Source: the human T2T-CHM13v2.0 reference genome, Homo sapiens
DNA length: 64,000 bases
Strand: one strand, 5' to 3'
NCBI RefSeq assembly: GCF_009914755.1
Contig: NC_060944.1
Under the pieces are notes generated by a model. It saw only the letters and a program-made list of their open reading frames with translations, was not told the origin of the DNA and did not search any database. Positions 51,816-64,000 of the stretch are shown here, piece after piece. A program made the translations under genes and the position numbers. Position 1 is the first letter of the stretch. Every line of letters begins with the position of its first letter.

Positions 51816-52112
51816 ACCAGGCACAGTGGCTCACATCTGTAATCCCAGCACTTTGTGAGGCCAAGGCAGGCAGATCGCTTGAGCCCAGGGGTACAAGACC
51901 AGCCTGGGCAATATAGGGAGACCCCAGCTCTACAAAAAATACAAAAATTAGCTGGGCATGGTAGCACATGCCTGTAGTCCCAGCTGCTCGGGAGGCTGAT
52001 GTAGGAGGATCACTAAAACCCAGGAGGTCGAAGCTGCAGTGAACTATGAGCTATGATTCCACCACTGCATTCCAGCTTGGGTGACAGGGAAAAAAAGAGA
52101 GAGAAAGAGAAA
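51816..52112 (+). mobile_element. Old Alu (AluJ-like)
   Basis: Alu consensus. Confidence 0.88.
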
Positions 52113-52998
52113 ACTGAAATAAGACATAAACCAATACAACATGGGCAATTCTTTTGTTTCCAGATTTCTTTCTCCCACTTTTATAATGATGGTAGGAGTT
52201 TATGAGGCCGTCTACTACAGGTCAGGACTCTTGAGTTCTGATGAGCTGTGTGACCTTGGGCAAGCTGCTTCCCCCACTGACCTGTTTTGTTTTAGTAACA
52301 CGTGTTTCTGTTGTGTTTTCATACAGAAAAGTATAAAGAAACTAAAATTGGCCCTAGATCCCACAGCCCAGTAACCCTTATTGACATAAAAACAAAACAA
52401 CAAAAAAAGTTTATAGTTATACAATTCAAGCAGAACAAAATGGGATTTTTCTTATAATATCACCCAGAAAAAAATATAAGCCTATTTCAACACAGATACC
52501 TACATCTCTATATACTTAACAATGTTTACACAGAAGTGATCATTTTCTTACAACTTACCTTTCTTCTTAGTAATTATTTTGGAGATCACTCCTTGTTGGC
52601 ATACATAGACCCACCTTACTCTTGATCATCTCAGTTAGGAGGCAAATCTTGATTTATTTCGCTGTCTCCCAATGGCTCGCCCTGTGATTGTTTTTGTTTT
52701 GTGCAATTCACTATCAGCGCTCGTGAATTTCCTTGCTCATACTTCTCGGTGAGCTTTTCAAAGGTTATATCCAAAGAGTCAGTTCCTAGAGATTGCTAGG
52801 TCAAAGATTACACGCATTGCAATTTGGATAGAATTTGCCAGATAGTCTGAGATTATTTTTTATTTACCAAATACACTGGTTGAAATGTAATGAGGGCCTG
52901 TTGCACCTCTGTGATTTGGTCTGTGTGCAGCCCCCTGCCAGTGATGTTCACTCACACAGCCTGTCACTTTGTAACTGGGAGGCCGTGAGCCCAGGTGA

Positions 52999-53145
<147 letters not shown>

Positions 53146-55634
53146 TGAACCCAGGAGGCTTCCCTCTCTGACCAGCCCCCTGCCCCACCAAACAGCCAGA
53201 GAACAAGCTAACATCGCCTGGCTGCTTCAGGAAGTTGTGAGCTGCCCTCGCTGCATCAGGCATGGGACATAAGTCAGCTGTTTATTATCTGGGGCTTTAG
53301 TTGCCACAGGACATAGTCAGGCCTCAGTTTTCCAAAGTGAGTAATGTGGGCGATGGAATCCCCACTGATAGTGTCAGTTATCTAGGCCATCTCAGCCACA
53401 GCAGAGAGAGAGAGAGGATGGTCTTCTTTGGTTATTGGCACCCACGAATCTCATCTTGCATTGAGATTTCATTGGCTCATCTCACCTCCACTCTGAAGGT
53501 GAGGCTGGACCCATCCTGGTGGCTGCACATTGTCTCATGCCTTAGACCACTTCCTTGCCTTGGTCAGTAGATGGCGTGTGGTGACCCTAAGTTGGAACCA
53601 GGATTTTTGGGACCTCCCTATTGAGGGACCTCATGGTTCTGCTACTTATTTGCTGTCTGACCCATGAAGGAAGGCCCTTGGCCTGAGGTGTCCTCATCTG
53701 CAAAATGGCAATAATCCCCATTCTGCAGTTCTTAAGAGACCCCGGCAACACTAGATCCCTTCATGATTAAACAGAACAGATAGCATTTGGCACACAGGTT
53801 GTGGTTCCAGTCAATGTGCTGAGACTCCTGAGTGGATAATCTCCGTGGATGCTCACAGACACTGTGAGGTGGATGCTCTTCCCTCCACAACCTTTATAGA
53901 TGAGGTAACTGAAGTTCAGAGAGGTAAAGCGACTTACCCAAGGTCACACAATCAATAAGTGGTAGTGCCAGGTTATCCCCAGGCCTTCTGACACCAGGAG
54001 CCCCACTTTCAACCCCAGCCACTCTGCTCTGCTTCCTTAATCCTGACCATTGTGAACATCAGCCGCATGGGGCTGGGGCTGCGGTTGCAGCCACTACTCG
54101 GGCTAGGGAAGGTAGCAGTGCTGGAGCCAGAGAAGTTGTTTTCAAATACTGTTTCTTGCCAACCTCCTGACATACACATAGGAAGGTAATTCCATCAATC
54201 TAGACTAGCCAGCAGGTAGGTTTTGAATACACAGAAATTTTAAAATCAATAAGTCCAAACTAGTTACCAGCTTGCACACCTTTCCCTGGTCACTCAGTTC
54301 CTCCTCTCCCCTCAGTCCTTCACCACGTGTCATTGGGATGCTTGTAGGGCTAAATTTAAATCCGTTCATATGGTGAGCAGGCACTTATACCATTCATTTA
54401 CTCATCCATCCATCCATCTATTCATTCATTTGTTCCAAAAACATTTATTAGTCTGTACTATCTGCCTGGTATGGGGGATACAGTTGAAGAAACTATACTG
54501 CCTGCTGGAATTCATTCATTCAAATGACCATCATGAGCACCTTTAATGTGCTGTGACCCTGTATTTAGGTTCTGGGCATACAGCGGAGAACAAGGCCCAG
54601 CTGTCCCACTTCCTGGCTGGATGACCTTGGGCAAGTCACCCGAACCTCTCCAAACCTCAGTTTTCACTTCTGTAAAATGGGTGAGGGTAGAGGGCAGTAA
54701 TAGCATGACCTCAAAGGGCTGATGTGAGGGGGAACGAAAGCAATCTGTGCAAAGCCCTGAGAACAGTGCCTGGCGCATAATAAGTGGCCTGAAGATGTGA
54801 GCTGCAGTTACTTCTTTCCTGCCTTCATGGGACAGTGTAATAATGCTATCCTAGGGGCCACCAGGAGGACAGCTATGGGGTGACAGCTCTGCCAGGAGGA
54901 GCCAGGAAAGGCTTTCCCTAGGCAGGGACATTTGAGTGAGCTATGCTTGAAGGATAAATTAAAGTATGGTCCTGGGGGAAGGCATTCTAGACAGTGGGAA
55001 AAGCAAGTGCAAAGGGCAGAAGGGAAGGAGTGCAGCATTTGGGGAAGGACCAGTGGTCAAGAAAGCCAGATGTCAAGCACACGGAGGAGGAGTCGGGGGG
55101 GAAGAGCTGGAAAGGAAGGCTAGGCCAGAGCTTGATAGACCTCAAATGTCATATACCAAGTTCAAACTTCTGTCCTGCAGACAATGGGGAATCACTTAAA
55201 TTTTTTACATTAGGGACATGATGTCATCAGATATGTGTTTCTGTGTTTTAGAAAGATTATTCTAGCAACCTCTGTGGAGGAGGGACTTGAGCAAAAAATT
55301 CTTCCCTCCTTCTCTCTCTCTCCTTCCTTCCACAAATATTGATTGAACACCCATGATGTGTATAGTTCTGTACCAGCCACTGTGAATCCAGCTTGAAGAA
55401 GGGAACATCCCGGGGCTCTAGGGCCCACATGCCACTGGGAGAGACAGAGAGAGAAGGCAGGGAACCAGCTTAGATGCTGGTGCCCAGGCTGGGGTGGGGC
55501 TGGAGTGCAAGGAGGTGGATGCAGAGAAGGGGTCAGGGTTAAGGGATGCCTGGAGGGGGGAAAGCACAGGATTTGGTCGTTGGTAGGATGTTCAGGGGAC
55601 AAGAGGAAAGATGAGCTCGTGACACCGTTCACTA

Positions 55635-55795
55635 GCCAATGGTTCTCAAAATGTGGTTCCAGGAACCTGTTAGCAAGGCAGGTCCTTTGGGCTCCTCCTT
55701 AGACCTATTGACTCGGAAACTCTAGGGTGGGGCCCAGCAGTGTGTGTTTTTCCAAGCCCTCCAGCTGATGCCTCTGAAGTTGGAGAACTGCTGAT
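55635..55795. mobile_element. MER5A-like DNA transposon (similar relic at ~37290-37445)
   Basis: TGGTTCTCAAA.TGTGG...GGGTGGGGCCCAGCA.TGTGTGTTT...GAGAACTGCTG. Confidence 0.65.
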
Positions 55796-57574
55796 GTAAA
55801 CAGAGTGATGGGGGAAAGTGCTCTTTAGTGACAAGCGTGTGTTGGAAGTGGAAGAAGCAGTGAATTCCTTTCGAGATCGGATGAGTCTGAGGTGCCTGTG
55901 GAACATTTCCAGGGCAAAATGTCTAGGACACAACTGGTTTTAAAGGCCTAGGGTCCAATAAATATCTGGGCTATAGGTGAAGGGATAGGGGACTTTGACC
56001 TCCATGAGGCAGCAGAAGCTGTTGAGTAGCCGAGGTGGCCCAGAGAGCGGGTGGCAAGTGAGGAGAGCCTGAATGTGGAGGAAGAGAGGGCTGAGTTTGC
56101 CTTGGTCAGGGAGAGGAACCACTCCTCCTGGAGGCAGGTGACGGGACTGGCCAAGGATACAGGAGAGGAAGGGAGGAGCAGAGGGTGCCTCGTTTTGAAT
56201 GACTGATGTCCCTAGTGGTGGCCTCTGTTTTTAGTGTGAAGGTGGAGGTGAGGCTTTGCCCTGGGAAAGACAGAACAATGAGAGAATAAGAGGCTTTAAG
56301 GGAGAACTTCCCAGAATGATGCTAGGATTCATAGGGGTTAGTGGCTGTTAAGGGGAAAGGAAGCATTGAGCCCGGAAGCTGCCCTTGGGAAGCCTGCTGC
56401 TGGGCCACATTCTGGAACTGCAGGTGCATCTGGGAACGTGCCTTGTGGTGCAGTACCAAGGAACCAGGCTGCTGGCAGCCTCAGCAGGATGCAGGTGTGG
56501 GAGCGGCAGGGGAAAGTCAGCGAGTTTCTTTTCTCACCTGTCCCTTGGTAGGCAGAAGTCCAGATCTAGTGCCATGCCTGGACCAGAATCAGAGGTCAGG
56601 CCACTGAGGACCTGCAGAATGGACACAGTTCTGGGCCCCTGGACAGACAAGGCTGAGCCCTGAGATGGTGCAGAAAGTAGGAGGTAGAAGCAGGCAGCTG
56701 GGCCCTGGCGCCAGATCGGGGGCAGTAAGTCAGGGGACAATTCCAGGAAGATCTAGCAATTAGAATTTAAGGTAGGGCCAAGAGAGCTGTCTGAAGGGAA
56801 AGATTCCCAAGGGCAGAGTGGCGTGCACAGTGTGTTGGACTTGGAGTCAGACAACATGGAGTTAAGTTCCAGCTCTACCACTAACTTGCTGGGAGACTGA
56901 ACTCTTAAGTTTCTCTTGCCCTCCAGTTTCTCATCTGTAAATCAGGAATATTAAAAATAATGCCCAACTGGTGTTATGAGAATTAAACGAGATGAGGCAT
57001 GTAACATCCTTAAAATGATGCCTCGCACATAGCAAGCACTCAGAAAGTCATTATTATTATTATATTCTAAATAGCCAGCTTATGCCCCTATATTTATCCT
57101 ATGTATTTTGGTTTGCAAAACCTTTTCTACTCCATTAGCTTCATAGGTTCTGTGTGGGATTGGGGCAAGGGTCCTTTTTTACAGATGAATCTGTGAGGCC
57201 CATAGAGAGGAAGTGGCTCTGCCCCAAGTCACATGGCTTGAAGGTGGCAGGGCAGGACACGAGCCTGAATCTGGCAACTCCTCTGCTAGTGCTTCCGGAG
57301 AACAATGCCATGTCTTGATCACTACAGTGTTCCTAACGCCAGACAGTCTGTAAATGTTTGTTGAATGAGCGAGTGTGCAAGTGTGCGAGTGAACAAATGT
57401 GTGCCTGAGTGAGCAAGGGATGAATGAGGCGGAACTGAACGATGCCTTCAGTCCTTTGCTTCTATTATTTCTACTCAACCTTGTGGTCGTGATAGCTACA
57501 TGGCCACATGCTCCGCCCATCCTGGGGGCCCACCCGGCTGAGAGCTGGCCATCTGAGCACTATTGTTTCCCCAG

Positions 57575-57661
57575 GAGAACAGTCTCAAGTCCGGGAAGGG
57601 GGCAGCTGCCATGATCCCAGGCCCACAGACGGTGGCCACGGAAATCCGTTCTCTTTCTCCG
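57575..57661 (+). CDS. EPB41L1: Coding exon 17, [29 protein letters not shown]
   Basis: CCCCAG| acceptor, CCG|GTAAGT donor, 87 nt. Confidence 0.93.
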
Positions 57662-58333
57662 GTAAGTGGGCAAGGCCAGCTCAGGCTAGGGGACTCCACA
57701 CTGAGAATATGGGCATGGACCCATGTATGGCTGGCAGGAAGTGCAGCGTTGAGCCCAGAAGGCACCCTTCTAGGTGCAAAGCCAGGAAACTGGACCCTTT
57801 TCAGATGCCCACAGGGCTCCCTGGTGCCTGCTAGAATCTCATGAGTGGCCCTCCCCACCGCCCACACATGTAAGTGGGGCATTGGTGACATGTGAGGGTA
57901 AAGCGGCCCCTCACCTTGGTGGTGCTGCTGAGGGTTCTTTTGCATCTGCCCTCCCTACTAACCAGGAAGAGCAATGGACTAGGAGGCCAGAGGCTTGGAT
58001 TCTGGACCTGCCTCTGTTGGTGCCTGCCCAGTGACCCTGAGTCTGTCACTGTAGGGTCTCTTTCAGCTCTTGCATTCTCCAAGTCTGTGGTTCTCATTGT
58101 TTAGCTCCGCAGAGAGCGTGCACCTGGCTATGACAGGATGGGGCATCAGGAGGGCTGTGTTTCCACCTTGGATCCTTTTGGTCATTCTTCCATGATGCCA
58201 GGATTCTTAAATTCTAGGGTATTGTTAGGATTCTGGGCCTCAGGAATCTTAGCGTCTAGGAATCTCAGACTCCAGGATTTGAGAATTTGATGGGTCTAGT
58301 TTTCTGAAGATTCTAGTATTCTTGAATTCTTAA

Positions 58334-58630
<297 letters not shown>

Positions 58631-60538
58631 TAAAGTGGACAGAGAAAACCTGTAGTGTTTACCAGCTTCTGGAATACTGTGCGCTTTGTCCTGTGCCACA
58701 TGTTGTTCTAGGCACGGGCCCTTCCCACACGGCGTTGACAGCCAGGCTAGGGGGAACAATACTCTCCTCTTTGAAGTAACTGTGAACCATGGCGTGTGCG
58801 CCTTGTAGATGGAAAGTGCTGGAGGAATCTAGACGGGGTGACATATGGGAGGCCCTGCAAGAGTCAGGAAGCATCTCCTGGAAGAAGTAGGGACTGAGTA
58901 GAGTCTTGGAAAGCCAGGCAGGACACCTGAGGGAGGAGAAGACAGATGCGGGTGTTCTAAGCAAAGCAGAAGAGGGAAGCAGAAATTGTGTGTTTGCTTA
59001 TTTGTTTGTTCACTGAGCAGATGTTAGTGAGTGTCAACTTTGTGTTAGCCTCTGTGCCAGGGCTGCTGGATGTAGCAGTAAGTGAGGCCTGTTTATGGGA
59101 CATGAGAAGCACATGTAGGGGGTGTAACTGGGAAATTAGGTTGCACTGGGGGCAGGGAGGTGGAATATAGAGCAAATAACAAATACCAGGACACATTTGA
59201 CTCTGGAGGATCTGGGCCTCAGGGAGATTGGAAAGCCATGAAGGTTTTTAGATTGGAGAGTAACCCAGTGAACATAGGTTTAAGGAGAGAATATCAGGTC
59301 CACCAGGATGTGTAGATAGGTGGGAGAAAGAAGAGGGAGAAGTATGGAGAGAGACGGATAATAAATAACTCAGGCCTGGTGGGGAGGGCCTGGACCAGGG
59401 TGTGAGTTAGAGCTCAGGCAGCAAGAGGTAGGGGCAAAGGAGGGAAGCCTTCCTGGGTGACCCAGCAATAAGGACAAGGGCTAGTTGGGAGGCAGGCGGG
59501 CTGATGCGTCCACACCTATGTGGCCAGGAGGAAGGCAGGAGGGCGCCTAGCCAGGGCTGGAGGCCTGGAGCAGCCAGGTTGATGAGCCATCAGAGGAGAA
59601 CTCTGGTCAGTTGCACTGGGCCTTCATGCACGGACTGTCCTGGCCTCTGCCTGCGCCTCTACAGGATTCAGCACTTTCTCACGTACCCCACAAAGAACCC
59701 ACTCTCAGCAAAAGCATTACTGAGCAATGTTGACTTCTCTGAAAGCTTTATGGGAGGTTTTACATCCCACGCCCACAGCAGACAGCTCAGGAAACTCTTC
59801 TTCCCAAAGTCCCTGCCAACTGGGAGCCCCCTCTTCTTTCTATCCACTCCTGACTCCAGCTGGGATTCCCCACAGACACCACCCTGCTTTAACATGCCAA
59901 ACAATTAGGTCCTGCCTCAGTTATTACTTCTAAACTTGTCCAAACCCCTTGCCTTCAGAAAACAGCGGAGGTCATAAGTATCATCAATCCAATTTTCTCT
60001 TGTAGTATTTTTTGAAGTTGCTTAAGGCAGAACCTTGTCACCATTCACATTTCATTCATGTGTTCATTCAACAAATCTGCATTCAGCACTGCCCTGGTTA
60101 GACTGGGTGAGGGAGTGGGGGAGGAGGGGATATAGAGATGAACAAAATACAGACCCTGCCTTCAAGAGCTGGCAGCCTGGTGAGGTGAACAAGGCCACAG
60201 ACATACATAAGGTCGGCACCAGGCAGAGAGGTCCAGAACTGTGAGAGAGACAGATTCAGTGCTCAGGCAGTACCAAGGCAGGAAGACAGAAGCATTGCCA
60301 ACCAGGGTCTGAGAGGCAGCATTGGAGCTAGGCTTGGAAGACCTAGATGGGATAGTTTGGTAGTTTTGGGGAGTGGTGGCAACCAGGCAAGATCTGCAGT
60401 TCAAAGTCCAAAATCAGAAAAGAAAAAATCTGAGGAAGTCAGGAGAGAAGGTAACTGCTGGTTCTCAGCCCTGCCCTCGAGAGATGATTTGGGTAGGTCC
60501 CCTCTTGAGGCTGCTGCCCCAACAGGACCCAAGAGTGA

Positions 60539-60652
<114 letters not shown>

Positions 60653-60940
60653 TAGCAACCGTTCTTCCCAGTGCCACTGCCCAGTCCTCAATCCCTCCTA
60701 TGTTGGGTTACCCATGGATGGCTATCCTCATGGGCAGAGAAGGTGTCCACTTCTTGCTGACCCTGTTCAGATAAGAAACCCCCAAGAGAGGGGCATTGGA
60801 TGGGAGCCAGAAGGAGCCAGAAGACCTGAGCTCTAGTCTCTCCCTTTAGTTGTTTGACTTTGCCCCTCTCTGGGCCTCAGTTTTTCCAGCTGTGCACTAG
60901 AGGGCTTGCTGTTCTTCACAGTCTCTCTCGTCTTGGATAG

Positions 60941-61192
<252 letters not shown>

Positions 61193-61593
61193 TAGTGCAG
61201 CTTTGACCCTCCCCCCATCAGCCTTCCTGATTTGCTGCTCAAAGGAGAGAGGCACCTCCCCGAGATACAAGTCGGTGGGGAGAAGAAGGAAGACTGGTTC
61301 CTTGGTTTCTTTGGGGTTTCAGGCTCCAGATCCAGAAAAATAAATCCAGAAGTGGTTAAAAATTTTTTTAAAGGGAGGGAAATGGAGAGAGGATTGACAG
61401 TGGATATTGAGGTGGGACAGATGGAGGTCCTCATTATCTCCTTGGGCATTGTCTATAAACCGGAAGTCAGAAAAAGTCCTACTAGGCCCAGTGCCACGTT
61501 CCTGGCCCTGAGTCTCTCTCTCTATCACAAGTCACTGAATGTTGTTAAGGGGCCATGATGACCAGAGCCCTTGATCCCTTTTGTCTTGCTTGA

Positions 61594-62031
<438 letters not shown>

Positions 62032-63064
62032 ATGATTGCATTTTGACTTCTGAGACCTGCAGGAGCCAAAATCTTAGGGACTCTAATATTCTCTTGTTTC
62101 ACTGTGGGCCATCAATGCTTTGGTGAATAAGAGAAATAAGATGATGTTGGGGCAGATAGGGCTTTTAAGCAACCTAAATTAGGGGAGGGGTTCTTCTGGG
62201 CCCTCTGGAAATTTACCAGATCTTATCAGATCTTAAAGCAAAATCCCATAGACATTGAGTTGGATAAAATAAGCCAGGCACAGAAAGTATAAACTGTATG
62301 ATTCCATTCGTAGGGAGTCCAAAAGCAAGCAAAACTAATCGACAAGGTTGAAAATCAGAATATTCCTGATTTTCTATCTGAGAAAAAAATTCTTCTGATT
62401 TTTCTGTTACTTCTGGGATGCAGTATTCACAAGGAAGAGGGAAGGGCCAGAAAGGAACCTTCTAGGGTACTGGAAATGTCACTATTTTCAACTGGGTGGG
62501 TTACATGGGTATATACATATAAACACATTTATAAAATTATTCTCCCACTTAGAGTTGTGTACTTCACACATTTCATGGGCTCTACCACAATGAAAAAAAA
62601 TCCATCTCAAAGACCCCACAAATATAATTGCTGGTCTCCTTTTTGCCCTTTTCCTTGAATGAATGAAACCAGTCTTTTCTAGAAAGATACGAGAATGTTT
62701 CTCTTCCTTTGATTACCAGACCCCTTAATGTCAGAAGAAAAAGCACTGAAACATTTTCCTGCTGCTCTGAAAGGCTGCTAACCTCTGGTCTGGACTAGGG
62801 CTGTTCAGCAGAACTTTCTGCAGTGATGGAAGTGTTCTTTCTGTGCTGTCTGGGATGGTAGTCACTAGCCGCATGTGGCTATTGAGGACTTGAAATTGGC
62901 TAGTCTAAAAAGAAATGTGCTTTAAGGGTGAAATACATGCAGGATTTTGAAAATTTAATATAAAAAAAGTAAATAATCTCAATAATTTTTACATTGGTTA
63001 CATATTTAAATGATAAGGGATACATCAGGTTAGGTAAAATGTACTATTAAAATTAACTTCATCT

Positions 63065-63360
63065 GGCCAGGCACGGTGGCTTATGCCTGTAATCTCAGCA
63101 CTTTAGGAGGCCAAAGCAAGTGGATCACCTGAGGTCAGGAGTTTGAGATCAGCCTGACCAACGTGGTGAAACCCTGTCTCTACTAAAATACAAAATTAGG
63201 AGTGGGGGTTGGTGGGTGCCTGTAGTCCCAGCTACTAGGGAGGCTGAGGCAGGAGATTTGCCTTAACCTAGGAGGCGGAGGTTGCAGTGAGCTGAGATGG
63301 CACTATTGCACTTCAGCCTGGGCAACAGAGCGAGACTCCGTCTCAAAAATAAAATAAAAT
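63065..63360 (+). mobile_element. Alu
   Basis: Alu consensus. Confidence 0.92.
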
Positions 63361-63503
63361 TAAATTAATTTCACCTGTTTCTTTTTAAACTTTTTAATGG
63401 AAACTAAAATTGAGAAATTTAATTGTGAAATTAAAATTTTCTATTTATCTAGAAATTTTTAGAAAAATAGAAATATATAGAAAATTTAGGAAGTGTTATC
63501 TAG

Positions 63504-63836
<333 letters not shown>

Positions 63837-64000
63837 TAAATTGCATATGTAGTTCACATTCTATTTCTATTGGACAGCACTGGTCTAGAAGTGTAGGTTG
63901 GCCATGGGCGGAGCCTACCTCCCAGGCTTCCTCAGACCTTCATACAAGTGATTGTCATTCCTATCCCCTCAGTTTTTCAATCATTCTTCCTTTATTCCTC

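Overview
Mammalian, almost certainly human, genomic DNA: GT-AG introns, dense primate Alu elements, and MIR/L2/MER relics. The window lies inside EPB41L1 (protein 4.1N, neuronal band 4.1) on the + strand. I reconstructed 20 canonical coding exons from the ATG at 12770 to 61093. They join without a frameshift to give 879 codons: U1 head, FERM, FERM-adjacent, SAB-like segment, U3 and 4.1 C-terminal domain. The 5' UTR exon(s) and the final stop-codon exon (recalled as 'ES*' in the 881-aa protein) were not found in the window. The most interesting extras are: (1) three further in-frame phase-0 exons between the SAB-like exon and U3, including a ~1.93-kb giant exon, predicting a ~1,600-aa isoform; (2) an 81-bp near-perfect copy of a complete 3' splice site placed in the next intron; (3) a 3x44-bp minisatellite carrying three DR1 nuclear-receptor elements; (4) RBFOX- and NOVA-type motif clusters next to putative alternative exons; (5) two CTCF-like sites bracketing the giant exon and the two exons after it. 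Most ORFs in the supplied track are Alu-derived or spurious. There are no prokaryotic-type systems. Repeat boundaries and family calls are by eye and approximate.
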